Both the position numbers and the translations under genes were made by a program. Positions 44,727 through 62,228 of a stretch of 64,000 nucleotides of DNA are shown in pieces. The notes beneath the pieces are model-generated. The model was not told the origin of the DNA. It made no database searches and saw only the letters and a list, made by a program, of their open reading frames with translations. The stretch is from Eledone cirrhosa. Lineage: Eukaryota. Each line of letters begins with the position of its first letter. Positions within the stretch are counted from its first letter, which is position 1. The stretch spans positions 17,670,001 through 17,734,000 of the forward strand of contig OZ024751.1 of NCBI GenBank assembly GCA_964016885.1, in the 5' to 3' direction.

Positions 44727-45546
44727 CGTGTGTGTGTTTACGTGTTTGTGTGTGTGTATTTGTGTGTGTGTTAAAAAGAACACGCACGAACTTAACAGAG
44801 TGCATTTTGGTTCGTTTTCATCAAGTATAATTTACGTAATAACTCCACAAATAATAAACTACTACAATTATGTATATTTCAAGCATGCGACAAAACGTCT
44901 CTGTTAGAGGAACGATAGTGGAAGACAAGTCTGATGTAACATCAAATAAAACACAATATTATGCCTTTATTCTTATCAATAGCCTCAGAAAACATGTTAG
45001 GTTTTAAATGCGCTACGTTTCTTCTTTTGGTGAAACATTGCATTAAAAAATGTTACAAATTTAATAAGAGTCGTGCTAATTGTTAAATCATTGTGTCAAT
45101 ATAATAGATTTAAATGATTGGAAGGCCAAAACAATGTGTTGCTACCCTCAATTGAGAGGCCTGGCGAGCTGCAGTTGCTATTCCAGGGCGTCTCTCTCAT
45201 CATTCTCAGGAGTAATGTCTTGTCCATCCTGTCGATAGGGACCACGAGGTGGACTGAACCTTAAGTTTCATTTATGGTAGTGGAATATGGAATATATTTA
45301 TTTACATGAGCATGAGTAGGTTGAGTTACGAAACAATGTTCCTGGGTTCTAACTCTACATTCGTCCTTGTAAATAAAAACACTACGTTTCATATTTATAC
45401 GGATTGTTTGGTCTTCCAATTATTTAAAGTCACAAAAGTTATTTTGGTTCTGTTTACCTTACTTCATTTCAGTTGTCTATCAGGAATGAAACCCTGTTGT
45501 TTAGGGGTTATGATTCTGGGTTCATGATCGTAAAGTCGTGGATTCA

Positions 45547-45923
45547 ATTATCCCAGTGTATTACTGGTACTTTATTTTATCGGCCCCGTAAGGATGAAAG
45601 TCAAAGTTAACCTCGGCGGGATTTGAACTCAATAAAAGACAATAAAAGGCCGTAACTCATTGCTGCAAAGAATGGCGTCCGACCCTCTACCGATACTGCC
45701 AATCCACCGCCCCACTTAGAGATTTAATAGACTTTCTGAAATAATTGTTTCTACTTTAGGCACAAGGCCTGCAATTAGCCAGTGCATTACTGGTACTTTA
45801 TTTTATCGACCCCGTAAGGATGAAAGGCAAAGTCAACCTCGGCGGGATTTGAACTCAGATCGTAAAGGGACGTAACTATGCTGGAAAGCATGGCGTCCGA
45901 CATTCTACCGTTTCTGCCAATCC
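45547..45923 (-). mobile_element. Two SINE family A copies
   Basis: Reverse-complement head and core, twice. Confidence 0.85.
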
Positions 45924-46279
45924 AAGACTCCAATCTAATGCTATGACAATCAATAGGTGGGTGGATTAATCACAGAAGACAATGCCAACAACAACATCTT
46001 CATTGACGTACTTCAAAATGAAACTAGGTTCAAGACTGTGTCGGAAATACGATGAGTGTTGGTGGATCGCGACATCTGATATAGGTAGGTCTACCTGGTT
46101 TGATTGGGAGGTCGTCGAAGATGGGATGAGCTGAGGTTGATGATACACATATATTAGATATATATATATAAACACCAGCACACAATAATAGATATACAGG
46201 CAGTCAGTCAGGCAGTTAGACATAGAAACCGTCAGACCTATAGACTGATAAACTGACAGGAAAACAGACATACTGAGAT

Positions 46280-46354
<75 letters not shown>

Positions 46355-46712
46355 GGAAGAGATAGATAGATGGATAGTTATGTAGACTGATACACTGACA
46401 GATTATTCTTGTTGGTCCTCCGTCTGTACCAACGATGAGCTTTCCAGGTTTCGAACAAGGGAACACTGTGTTCGAGAAATTAGCGTCCACTGGCTGAGCA
46501 TTCCAGTGACTCATGTAGCCTAAATGCAATTCTCAGGGAGATTCAGCGTGACACAAACAGACGATATATTATAACTATCATTACGTCAAAGATAAATCTT
46601 CCAAAGAAAAGTTTAAGTTGTTGGTGTTTGACTGGCTTGGCTGGTTGGCTGGTTGGTTGGTTGGTTAGTCTGACTGAGAGAGAAAGTTGTAAATAGATAG
46701 ATAGATAGATAG

Positions 46713-46771
<59 letters not shown>

Positions 46772-47312
46772 CTGTCAATAACAGAGTGGGGGACAGAATA
46801 AGTGAGAGAGAGAGAGATAGAGAGTGAGAGACTGAGTGAGTAAGAGAGAGAGAGATAGAGAGAGAAAGAGAGAATGTGAATAACGGAGTGGAGGAAAGTG
46901 AGTGAGAGAGTGAGTGAAAGAGAGTGAAACAGAGAGTGAGAGAGAGGGGATGGGAGAGTAAAGCATTGGAGGAAAAGGAGGAGGAGGAGGAAGAAGGGGA
47001 GGTGGACATGAAGTATGGCTTCTAGGGGTCCAATGAATTAAAATAATTGCATCTCTTCACAGGAATTCTTTAGGGAGTTTTGCAGTCGATCTTACGTGAC
47101 CTTTACACTGTGGTACACAGAGTTTTAGCCTAGCGACAAATCAAACGTTTTTAGCATAGTGGCGGTGGTTGTGGTGGTGGTGGTGGTGGTGGTGGCGGTG
47201 ACGGTGTAGGAGGTGGTGGTGGTGTTGGTGGTGTTGCTAGGGGTGGTGGTGGTGGTCGTCGTGTTGGTTGTGGTGTTGGTGGTGGCGGTGGTGTTGGTGG
47301 TTGCTGGTGTTG

Positions 47313-47346
<34 letters not shown>

Positions 47347-48533
47347 TCTTGTTGGTGGTGTTGGTGGTGGTGTTGTTGTTGTTGTTGGTGGTGGTGTTGG
47401 TAGTGGTGGTGGTTGTGGTGGTGGTGGTGGTGGTGGTGGTGGTGGTGGCGGTGACGGTGTAGGAGGTGGTGGTGTTGGTGGTGTTGGTGGTGTTGCTAGG
47501 GGTGGTGGTGGTGGTGGTCGTGTTGGTTGTGGTGTTGGTGGTGGCGTTGGTGTTGGTGGTTGCTGGTGTTGTTGTTGTTGTTGGTGGTGGTGTTGGTAGT
47601 GGTGGTGTTGGTGGTGGTGGTGTTGTTGTTGTTGTTGTTGTTGTTGGTAGTGGTGGTGGTGGTGGTGTTGATGGTGGTGAAGGTGGTGGTGGTGTTGGTG
47701 TTGGCGGCGGTGGTGGTGGTGGTGGTGGTGCTAATGGTGGAGGTAATGGTAGTGGTGCCGGTTAGTCATAATGGTTGTGATGGTAATATTAGTTGCTGCC
47801 TATAGTGGTTGTGGAGTTGCCAATTTCCTTTGAGATGATGGTTTCGTTAGTGGTAGTGGTGGTAACGGGTGCAGTATCGGTGGTAGTACTGGAAATGGTA
47901 GTAATGGTAATTGAAATGGTTGGTGGTAGTGGTTCAATGGTGTTGTTGGTAATAGCGGTGCTTGGTGGTATTGGTGTATTTGGTTCAATGGTGTTGCTGG
48001 TAAAAGTGGTGGTTAGAGGTACTGGTATATGTGGTAGTTTCCCGTGGTGATAATTTTGGTAACGTTAACGATGGTAGTGATAATACTGGTGGATGGTGGG
48101 TTAACGATGGTAGTGGATGGTGGCAGTCGTAATTGTGGTGGCTGGTTGTGGTGTTTATTTATGTTCATTAGCCCTCGGTTAGCCTTGATCAAGCAGATTT
48201 ATGATCAAAAGTATTTCCACCAAAACTGTATCGTATTTTTCTTACGTGCAGAGAATACAGAATTATCTTATATAAATTGACCTTTTCTCAGATGGTAGGG
48301 TGTGCTTTGAGGGAAATTTGGATATTAATTCTGGAAGATCGTGTGACAACCTAGAGGCTTTTTCACTGGCTCCTGATGGTGGGGGAGTTTATGGGGTGGT
48401 TGGTTGCGGATTTGGACATCGTGAATGTATGTATGTATGTATGCATGTATGTATGTATGTATGTTCTTATGGTTTTATAATTTCACAAATGTATGTATGT
48501 ATTTATGTATGTATGTCTGTCTCTCTCTCACCC

Positions 48534-48571
<38 letters not shown>

Positions 48572-48654
48572 ATACATTAACAGAGAAAGCTTTAAGCAAT
48601 ACTCCGACCGGCTTCCGTCTCACTCAACAAACATTAGGATATATCTTAGTATAA

Positions 48655-50332
<1,678 letters not shown>

Positions 50333-50345
50333 ATGTGTGTGTGTA

Positions 50346-50668
<323 letters not shown>

Positions 50669-50981
50669 GATAAGATCAGACTCAAATTTCAGGTCCTTAA
50701 TTATTATAGGGTGGCATGAATTTCTTCATTGTAAATCAATATTGACTTTTAATATGAACTTCTAGCTAATTTGCTTGATTGCGTTGACAGCGCTTTCATC
50801 GAAACCCATGGTAGAGAGTTTCTTGTTAATTAATTAGCTGTTTTTTTCTTTGAGAAATACAAAACATCGAATCGGAATCTCCATCCAGTATCAACATGGA
50901 TGTGTGTGTATATGTATGTCTGTGTGTGTATATGTGTGTGTCTATGAGTATGTGTGCGTGTATTCATGTGTGTGTTTGTTT

Positions 50982-51073
<92 letters not shown>

Positions 51074-51401
51074 TCAGCCTCTTAATATTTTCACGGAGAA
51101 ACATAATAAAATACATGAGACATGCATTTGACCTAAAAGAAATAACAGCCATATCACCCCAATCCACATTTTATTGTTTTGAAAAACGAAAGACACATGC
51201 AATAATGTACTCGAATATACCCTATGTCTAAATATTGTATATCTAAATAAAAGATGTGATAGTCATGACTGGAATTTTTTGAATATAAATCACATTTAAT
51301 GGGTTGGATATAAATTTGAATAAAACAACCAGAAGAAAATAACACCAACTACAACAACACAAATACAGTAAGGTGCAAATATATATATATATATATATAA
51401 A

Positions 51402-51475
<74 letters not shown>

Positions 51476-51526
51476 GAGAAACACACAATTCTCTCCCGTC
51501 GAAGACTTACACAAACACACACACGT

Positions 51527-51563
<37 letters not shown>

Positions 51564-52673
51564 TTGGCATGTACATAACTGCAAACGTACATGCATATAT
51601 GCATGTATACCTTCATATATACTTATATATAAACATACGTAATTACACACATACATGCATACCTACGTATATACGTACTTTCATGCATACATATATAATA
51701 CACACATAAATACATATATACATACGTTTATACATACATTTATCCAGTTCCAAAATGGCGGACGAATGTCATCATCTCCGTGAATGTAATTACTTAAATT
51801 GCACGATCACCCATCCCCTTCCCACTCTATCTTCCCCACTCTTACCCCTCTCTATATCCTACATCCTTTTTCAGAAGGTTTGCTACCCCTCCCACACATA
51901 TCATCACTCTTTCTATTCCTATCTCTCAAACCCACTGTCTGTCTTTCTCTTAACGACTCTCACACACGTACACATATATACACACATATACACACATATA
52001 CACAGGCAAACACATATATACACACACATACACACATATACACACGTACACATACATATACACACATATACACAGGCAAACACATATATACACACACATA
52101 CACACATATACACACGTACACATATATATACACACATATACACACTCAAACACATATATACACACACATACACACATATACACACGTACACATATATATA
52201 CACACATATACACACTCAAACACATATATACACACACATACACACATATACACACGTACACATATATACACACATATACACACATATACACAGGCAAACA
52301 CATATATACACACACATACACACATATACACATGTACACATATATATACACACATATACACACATATACACACTCAAACACATATATACACACACATACA
52401 CACACATACACACATGTGCACACACATACACACATATACACACAAATACACACATGTGCACACATATACAAACATATACGCACATATACACAAGCAAAGA
52501 CGAAAGCTCACAGACGATTTATTCGCGACATTCCAAACTCATACTGGATAAAGTTCTAAGAAATCTCTTGACGAAGGAAGGACCGGGTGAAGGAGAATGA
52601 ACGGTAAAATTAAATAGATTAGTTAGACAGAGACAGAGATAGATAGACATGCAGATAGTTAGACTGATATATA

Positions 52674-52793
<120 letters not shown>

Positions 52794-52834
52794 CGAAACA
52801 TAAGTCAATTGCATGAACTCATAATCCTTTATTT

Positions 52835-52890
52835 ACTGCTATATATATTTCGATGATAGCCATTGAATGGCTATGACCTCATCAGGCAGT
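52835..52890 (-). ncRNA. Minimal type-I hammerhead ribozyme (copy 1)
   Basis: ACTGC-CTGATGA-GGTCATAGCCATT-c-AATGGCTATCATC-GAAA-TATATATA|GCAGT, followed by AATAAA. Confidence 0.9.
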
Positions 52891-52962
52891 TAGTCAGTTC
52901 TTAGATATGCCAGCTCTGTGTGTATAGTGTTGATGGTATCATAGCCTTGGGACATATGTATA

Positions 52963-53012
<50 letters not shown>

Positions 53013-53053
53013 CGAAACATAAGTCAATTGCATGAACTCATAATCCTTTATTT

Positions 53054-53109
53054 ACTGCTATATATATTTCGATGATAGCCATTGAATGGCTATGACCTCA
53101 TCAGGCAGT
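53054..53109 (-). ncRNA. Minimal type-I hammerhead ribozyme (copy 2)
   Basis: Identical to copy 1. Confidence 0.9.
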
Positions 53110-53181
53110 TAGTCAGTTCTTAGATATGCCAGCTCTTTGTGTATAGTGTTGATGGTATCATAGCCTTGGGACATATGTATA

Positions 53182-53239
<58 letters not shown>

Positions 53240-53280
53240 CGAAACATAAGTCACTTGCATGAACTCATAATCCTTTATTT

Positions 53281-53336
53281 ACTGCTATATATATTTTGAT
53301 GATAGCCATTGAATGGCTATGACCTCATCAGGCAGT
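53281..53336 (-). ncRNA. Hammerhead copy 3, probably inactive (G12A)
   Basis: GAAA box reads AAAA. Confidence 0.7.
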
Positions 53337-53479
53337 TAGTCAGTTCTTAGATATGCCAGCTCTGTGTTTATGGTGTTTATGGTATCAGAGCCTTGGGAGA
53401 TATGTATATATATATATATATAAATAGAGAGAGAGAGAGAGAGAGAGAGATAGGTAGGTAGATAGGTACAATGATAAGT

Positions 53480-53558
<79 letters not shown>

Positions 53559-53705
53559 CACATATACAGAATGAGTGAAAGAAAGTTGGATATATTGATA
53601 GATATATAGAATGACACAGGAAATGTCGCATGTATTTACGTATAAGAATATGCGTGTATATGTACATACATGTGTGTGTGAATGCATGCATATACATGCA
53701 TCATT

Positions 53706-53818
<113 letters not shown>

Positions 53819-53947
53819 AAAGTTATATTTAAATTGTTGGGTTAACAACGAGTAAATATTTATAACTGATATAAAAGCACTCAACAAGTATTTGGAGTAT
53901 ATTTATGATATTAAATAAATGGAAACTATATTTATAAAACCATATTT

Positions 53948-54011
53948 ATTTCGTTATATATATTTCAGGGATATCATATTAACAATATGTTATGCCGTCT
54001 TCAGACAAAAT
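53948..54011 (-). ncRNA. Minimal type-I hammerhead ribozyme
   Basis: Reverse complement of 54179-54242. Confidence 0.8.
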
Positions 54012-54178
54012 ACAATATAAACAGTCTTATAAATAAATAGATACGACATACCTTTCAATCACCTTGCATTTGGGAGGTTGATTTGGTAGTCCAAATCAAC
54101 CACCCAAATCAACCTCCCAAATGCAAGGTGATTGAAAGGTATGTCGTATCTATTTATTTATAAGACTGTTTATATTGT

Positions 54179-54242
54179 ATTTTGTCTGAAGACGGCATAA
54201 CATATTGTTAATATGATATCCCTGAAATATATATAACGAAAT
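54179..54242 (+). ncRNA. Minimal type-I hammerhead ribozyme
   Basis: ATTTTGT-CTGAAGA-CGGCATAACATATT-gtt-AATATGATATCCCT-GAAA-TATATATA|ACGAAAT. Confidence 0.8.
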
Positions 54243-54280
54243 AAATATGGTTTTATAAATATAGTTTCCATTTATTTAAT

Positions 54281-54311
<31 letters not shown>

Positions 54312-54627
54312 GACCAGCTTTGGAATTGCATCATCATTGCTTTCTTTGTAATTACTTTTTAATATTTTATTTCATTTCAATTTCAACATTTAATCTTCCT
54401 ATATTTGTAGACATGCTGTTTCGACATTCCGTGTCATCCTCAGGGCTGCATAGTCAAGAGATTTTACTAGCTATAGGAATAATTCTATGTTCGACATTTG
54501 AAAAAAGGAACTTAATTCTATCAGTCTCTCTGTCAATCTGTCTGTATGTATGTATGTATGTATGTATGTATGTATGTATGTATGTATGTATGTATGTATG
54601 TATGTATGTATGTTTATATGTATATAT

Positions 54628-55220
54628 GTCAGGTCACCAGTTGGTGCTACTGGTAACATGTATTCCAGTACAACCTGTTCCATGGTCGGGTCGTTGGCGA
54701 CTAAACTGGCAACCACACCAAAGTTTCTTGGTGAGGAGGGTGACTTTGGACATCCTGCAGGACTAAAAACAAAACCTGTCAAAAGGCAAAGGAGCTCTTA
54801 AGAGTCAATGGCCATCCAAAATCACCGGGAGAGATGACCCCTTAGCCTTTGTCAAGGCAGAATTCTAGGAGAAGGAAAACTGATATAACACCTGCAACCC
54901 TGATGGTATCCAATGATGTTAACTTGTTCTTCTTTTTGGTTAAGAGAGTGGGACTGGCTTTGTGCAGTGCCTTTGCTCACTATAAAAGCTTCACGGCACA
55001 GGCATTGCTTTATATCTGGAGATCTCTCTGCACTTGTCGTCACATGGTACCAAGGGCCCAGCACTATGTGTCAATAATTGTCACAAGTGTAGTGTTTGTA
55101 CCAGAGTTTTCAAGTCGCTGGCTGGACTAAAAAGTCACACTCGTTCAGCGCATCTGTAGGGGTTCTCCTACATGGATATAAAGTAGTGGCCGTACTCGAA
55201 AACGAGTTGGCAGCCACCTT
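54628..55220 (+). mobile_element. Internally deleted RTE-like element (5' UTR-like region plus C2H2 finger C-terminus)
   Basis: ctaggagaaggaaaactga UTR-like motif; 55088-55159 encodes CSVCTRVFKSLAGLKSHTRSAHL* (C-x2-C-x12-H-x4-H); diverged relative at 55245-55560. Confidence 0.55.
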
Positions 55221-56531
55221 GTATATATGTGTATTTTTTTTTTTCACCTGTGAGTGAAAGACCCTCAGCTTTTGTCATAACATTTTTCTAGGAGAGGGGA
55301 AACTCTGAAATCTGAAAAAAAAACCAATAACCTGTAGCTTCGGAAGCATCCGATGATGTTCACCAGTTTTCCTTTTCGGGTAGTGTTTTCGATGCTCGGA
55401 GAGTGGGATTGGTCAAGTGCAAGGCCTTTCCCCACTTAAAAAACCTTCAAAGCACAGGCATTGCTTGTTCAGGATCTGTTACAGGTTCGTGTGGCTGGCC
55501 GTAGCCTAAAAGTTCACCAAACTCTATAATCTGACAAAAGACTGCAATACTCTTAGTAGAGTTTGAAGCCATCATATATGTGTATGCATGTATGTGTGTA
55601 TGTATATATGTGCGTAAGAATCTATACTTTTATAAATGGTCATATGGTCACGAAACACCTTGACATACTCGGTGACTCGGTCAAATTAATCCTGGCAGTG
55701 TCCATCCTTTCGCCTTGTTTGAATACAACTGATTTCTTCTGCACAAGGACATAGACCTTGAGAGAAGAAAAAAGATTTATAGTATATAAATCGCCCCTAA
55801 GCACTTTATTTTTAGCGCCAGGTACTTTATTGTTATGATTTCGAAATGAGCAGGTGCAAAGTTGACCTCGGTTAGATTTGAACTCAGAAAGCACACAGAA
55901 AGCCGGAACGAATATCACAGAGAACTCTATTAGACGTTTTAATGACTATGTCAATTCACTACCTGAAAGAATGTATAAACTAGTTAATATATTTGGTAAA
56001 ATTGTTTGATTAAGTTCATAAGACAGATGGGTTTGCATATATGGTTCTAGAGTGGTTAACGTTACCACAATATATCTTCTCTAAAAAAGATTTCTAGATG
56101 AAATATCTCACTATTTTCAACCAGATATTACAGAATGAATATTGATTTCGGTCATACTCTGAGTGCATTTAATTCTACCCTCCACATCTTATGCTGGTCT
56201 TATTTTATCATGTCACCTCTTTAATACCCGCCGATATTGTACGAGAATCTTAACCATTTCTACATCTTTTCTTCTCCAACTGGCGCTGCCTACTGAATTC
56301 CCCTAGTTATTTAGATTCCACCCTATATACTTCTGTCTGGTCACGTGATTACCGGTCACAAAAGCTGTTGAGAATTGGTTTTCTCTCTCTTCCTCTCTCA
56401 CCCTCTTTTCTATCGCTCACACACGAGTATTTTGTAATATTGCCTATATGTTATTACATTTTTGTATATAATAAGATGGTCTATTTTCAGTATTAAGCTA
56501 TTTCTACGATATAATTCTATATTAATATATG

Positions 56532-56566
<35 letters not shown>

Positions 56567-56748
56567 ATTTGTGTGTGTGTGTGGGAGAGAGAGAGATAGA
56601 GAGAATGGGCGTGTGTATATGCGTGTGTATGTGTTTGTGTGTATGTGTAGGCAGTATAAATAAAACAACAGTCAGCATACAAAACTTTTGAGTCCTTTTT
56701 TTTCCGTATGACTACTCTTTTTAATCTTAAGCTTCAGATAATCGTATT

Positions 56749-56797
<49 letters not shown>

Positions 56798-56811
56798 CAT
56801 ATTCGTGTTAA

Positions 56812-56883
<72 letters not shown>

Positions 56884-57186
56884 TCTACCTACATCTACAT
56901 ATATACATATATCTACATATATACATACATATGCATATATATACATACATATATATACATATATACATACATATACATATATACATACATATATACATAC
57001 ATATATATATGTGTGTGGATATATGTATATACAATCATACATATTCTTTACGAATATGTATGATTGTATTAGCGTTTCTTTACTTTTCTTTCTGCTTTCC
57101 CTTCCACTTACATTCTTTCATTCACTCACACACTCATTAAATCAATTGAGTGATCATTCATTCAGCTATTCTTAGATAATTCAGTG

Positions 57187-57830
57187 AAGGCATGTGGCTG
57201 AGTGGTTAGAGAATTGGATTCGCAATCGTAATGTTGTGAGTTCGATTCCTGGACCAGGTGATGCGTTATGTCCTTGAACAAGACACTTTATTTCACGTTG
57301 CTCCTTCTACCTGGAGTTGCGACCGATAGATAGTATTAGAATTGGAAAGACCAACGGAAACATTGTTCCCTCGGTCCAATTTGACGAAAGTCGATCGTTC
57401 CTTCTTAGATAATTCATTTATTCATTCTTTCGTTTCATCGTCCTCTTTTCCCATGCAATTCTTTGTTATTCTTTTCATTGTTCACTCATCAATATTTTTA
57501 ATAGTCTACATTCTATTCCCATGGCTTATTGGGTAGAGAATTGGGATTGAAATCGGGATTTGGTGACTTTGATTCTTGGACCGGGCATACGCTGTGTCCT
57601 TCAGCAAGACACTTTATTTCACGTTGCTCCAGTTTACTCGGCTGTAAAAATGAGTTGCGACACGTCACTGGTGCAACTGGATTACATCGGTGGTGCGGCG
57701 TGGGGAGACTGGTATGCATGAACGACTGCCGGTCTCCCATAAAACAACCTAGCCCGGACTTGCGTCTCGGAAGGGAAGTTTTTAAGTGCAAATCCTATGG
57801 TAATTTGTGACCGAGGAGGTTTTTAACTTA
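57187..57830 (+). mobile_element. Two CORE-like tRNA SINEs (57187-57404, 57520-57830)
   Basis: A-box GTGGCTGAGTGG, B-box GAGTTCGATTCC, tgtccttgaacaagacacttta. Confidence 0.8.
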
Positions 57831-57939
57831 TTCACCACATCTCAGACACCACTTCCTTAACTGCATCTCTTTCTTTCTTTCTTTCAAATCATTCATTCTC
57901 TATTTACTTATTTAATTATTTATTCATATATATATATAT

Positions 57940-58145
57940 GAATGGACCTGTTATTTTTATCAAAAGACATTTTTTACAATTCCATCCCGCCCACCCCCTC
58001 AATCTATTTTATTTCCCATTCTTTCTTCTGATGAAGGACTAGCGTCCAACACGTTAAGACCCTCTTCCTGCTATATCAAGCGTTAACCTAATATATACCT
58101 TTCATATACTGTAGCGTTGTGTTGTTATTTCTGTTTACCTTTTAC
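57940..58145 (+). mobile_element. pLTR-like fragment with mutated hammerhead (58024-58059)
   Basis: TCTT-CTGATGA-aGGAC-tagc-GTCC-AACA(for GAAA)-CGTT|AAGA; the copy at 59645-59770 keeps GAAACGTTAAGA but lacks stem II. Confidence 0.65.
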
Positions 58146-58164
58146 ATACATATATACTATATAT

Positions 58165-58208
<44 letters not shown>

Positions 58209-58218
<10 letters not shown>

Positions 58219-58497
58219 GAAATGACAGGAGGCTGGATTTGTGTAAATCCTTGAAAGGTTTATTATACTATGATCATTTCAATGGTCATTGAAGTGATCA
58301 TAGTATAATAAACCTTTCAAGGATTTACACAAGTCCAGCCTCCTGTCATTTCATTATAATATTTAACTCCGTAATAGCACCACCAACTACAAAAACAAAG
58401 ACGGTTGAACTGCCTTACGTTGAGTACTCTCTATATTATTGCATTACGATTGACCATACGGAATAGACCAGCTCTATCCAGTGGTGAACCTCAAACC

Positions 58498-58501
<4 letters not shown>
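58209..58501. mobile_element. Inverted-arm element truncated inside its hammerhead
   Basis: Arms 58209-58284 / 58287-58362; left arm (minus) begins GAAA-TGATCATA|GTAT-AATAAA; tail carries GAGTACT. Confidence 0.75.
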
Positions 58502-58551
<50 letters not shown>

Positions 58552-58556
58552 TTCTA

Positions 58557-58709
58557 AGGCGGGTAAAATTCCCGAAATCCATGGACGAGTTCTCTCCAGC
58601 GGTCTCTGTCCCTCATTATCGCTGCCATGTCCTGCGTCTCCAACAGACCAGTGTCTGTCCTCAGGGCATCAACATACGTTAACCTTGGTCTTGCTCTCCT
58701 AGTGTGTCC
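58557..58709 (-). mobile_element. RTE LINE 3' fragment
   Basis: Similar to 36474-36625. Confidence 0.8.
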
Positions 58710-59036
58710 ATATATATATATATATAGAAATATATATATATATAAAGGTGTGGTACGATACCAGGTAAGAAATCAGTCCCCGACCGCTATGAAGGAATTT
58801 AACCATGTAATGACATTCCAGATCATTGACAGCTACCGGCGACAGACAAGAAAAACAACACATTTTTAGGATTATTTGCTTTGATATTTCTGCTTTTGTT
58901 TTGACTGCATGCCCATATATGGACTGTAGCCCTTGATACGTTCAGCTAGATTCCCCTCGTTCTAATATCGCTGGCTTAGCTCGGATATTGCTGTCAAAAC
59001 GACCGGAGCTCAACCATCGGGGTCCTGATTCTTTTC

Positions 59037-59111
<75 letters not shown>

Positions 59112-59145
59112 TTACAATAATCAAAGTTCAGTTTAAATCATTTAT

Positions 59146-59194
59146 TTGCTTACAATTGTTTCCTCCAAACCGAGGTTTGGATTCTTCGGAGCAA
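59146..59194 (-). ncRNA. Type-I hammerhead, U4C core variant
   Basis: TTGCT-CCGAAGA-aTCCAAACC-tc-GGTTTGGAg-GAAA-CAATTGTA|AGCAA, then AATAAA; lies within a 59107-59330 island in (TA)n. Confidence 0.7.
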
Positions 59195-59325
59195 CCATTT
59201 AGTGATCTATAACATACTTGACCTCCTTTTCAACACAAGAGACATATAAAAACATATGCATATATTGACCCACAGTGGGATGACATCCATCATAATGATA
59301 TAGCATGGCAATTTACATATAAAGG

Positions 59326-59422
<97 letters not shown>

Positions 59423-59819
59423 TGTTTTAGTGTTTCAGGTAATTCCGAAGAAAAACCCAGGGGAAAAAAGAGTGCTCTATGTATAGAACAGAGGTATTCT
59501 AATTATATATATATATGCAAGAAGGAAATAAAATTTCAGTGATACGAAAGATTTCCTGGTGGAAGTTCAGGTATAATCTGGTTTGATATCCAGTTTCGGG
59601 GTGAAAATCCAATTTAAAAATCCCACGAATTTGAGAATACCAGCCCACCCGCCCCTTCAATCTATCTTATATCTCACTCTTTCTTCTGAAACGTTAAGAC
59701 TCTCTTCTTGCCATTTCAAGCGTTAACTTAATATATTCCTTCCATATACTGTACCGATTGTGTTATTTACATATATGATGATTTCTTCCGAATGAAACAG
59801 TTCTAGCCCTGTAGAAGCC

Positions 59820-59900
<81 letters not shown>

Positions 59901-60515
59901 AGTATTTCTGTTTTCCTATCAGTTTATCAGTCTATAGGTCTCACGGTTTCTATGTCTAACTGCCTGACTGACTGCCTATATATCTATTATATCTATATAT
60001 ATATATAAATTCATTCTTCTATTAATTTCATTCATTTATTTATCTTCATCTCTTTCATTCACACATTTAGTATTTTATTTCTTCTTTTAACTTTCACTCT
60101 ATCGTTAATTCTTTCGTTCATTGCTCAATACGTTTAGTATTTCTATATCTATCTTTCATTTTAACAGTTTCGTTTCTTCTTCCTTTCATTAACCTATCCT
60201 TTCTTTGTTTCCTTCTGTTTTGTATGTTTCCTTTTCCATCGTTCTCTTCTATCACTTCTTCCCCACTTCATTCCTTCTTTCCTTTCATTCAATATTTCAT
60301 TCATTCTGTCGTAACCTCACCTCTAACATTCCAATTTATTTAATGAATCTCCCACATCCTTTCTCTCTCTCTTACTCTCTCTCTCTCTCCTCTTTCTCTC
60401 TCTCACTCTCTCTCTCTCTCTAATATGTATATGTAAATATATGTATATATGGAAGCGAGTCTATGTATATATATATATATACACACACACACACATATAC
60501 ATGTCGAGTGTGTTG

Positions 60516-60560
<45 letters not shown>

Positions 60561-60584
60561 CTGTGTATGTATGTGTATATATAG

Positions 60585-60616
<32 letters not shown>

Positions 60617-60982
60617 GTATTCATGTGCGTGAGTATATATATATTTATAGATATATATATATACACACACACATATATGTACATGTATGTATATGCGTGC
60701 GTATATATACATATGTGTGTGTGTGTGGGTGTATATATATATATATATATATATACGCATATGTATAGATTTAAACATATATACGTTCGGGTACACACAT
60801 ATATGTATGTGTCGATTCCAGTCTGCAGACTTTTGTCTTTCTCACAGAAACATTAATTTCAGTAATGGAAAAGAAACTTCAGATATTAATTTGAAGCACA
60901 TAGCTGCACACAGGCACAATCACACGTACACACAAACATATATACACAAATGTATGCATATATGTATACGTATGCATATGTA

Positions 60983-61046
<64 letters not shown>

Positions 61047-61174
61047 CATATATATATATTTACATATATATATATATATTTATAAATACACATATATATG
61101 TATATACATATATATAAATATATATATATATTTTTATATACATATATATATGTATATATATATATATATCTTTT

Positions 61175-61208
<34 letters not shown>

Positions 61209-61234
61209 GATACTTACATATATATAGATATAGA

Positions 61235-61316
<82 letters not shown>

Positions 61317-61923
61317 CATGTATATATATATATATAGAAAGATATATATATATATATATATAAATATATATATAGATATAGATAGATATATAGATATATA
61401 TTTATATGCGCGCGTGTATGTGTGTGTGTATGTATAAATATCCACACTACACATGCACGTACATATATACATACACGCACGTATATATATACATACACGC
61501 ACGTATATATATACTTATATGCCCACTTATAGAAAGACTTACATACACGCACTGTGAAAGGAATTTCATAACGGAAACTGTTCAGAACGAGTCTCCTGCG
61601 TGTGTGTATGTATGTATGTATGTATGTATGTATGTATGTATGTATGTATGTATGTATGTATGTATCGTATGTATGTATGTATGTATGTATGTATGTCTGT
61701 ATGTATTGTATGTATGTATGTATGTATTTTATGTATGTATGTATGTATGTATTGTATGTATGTATGTATTGTATGTATGTATGTATTGTATGTATGTATG
61801 TATGTATGTCTGTATGTATTGTATATATGTATGTATGTATGTATGTATTGTATGTATGTATGTATTGTATGTATGTATGTATTGTATGTATATATGTACC
61901 TATGAATGTATGTATTGTTTGGA

Positions 61924-61966
<43 letters not shown>

Positions 61967-62050
61967 TTATTTATATTTCGTCGTCAAGTATAAATTTGTA
62001 GGAATTCCTACGAAAAAAACAAATTTCTACAAATTTCATACTTGACGACC

Positions 62051-62123
<73 letters not shown>

Positions 62124-62142
62124 ATCTTCATTCTTTAACTAT

Positions 62143-62228
<86 letters not shown>

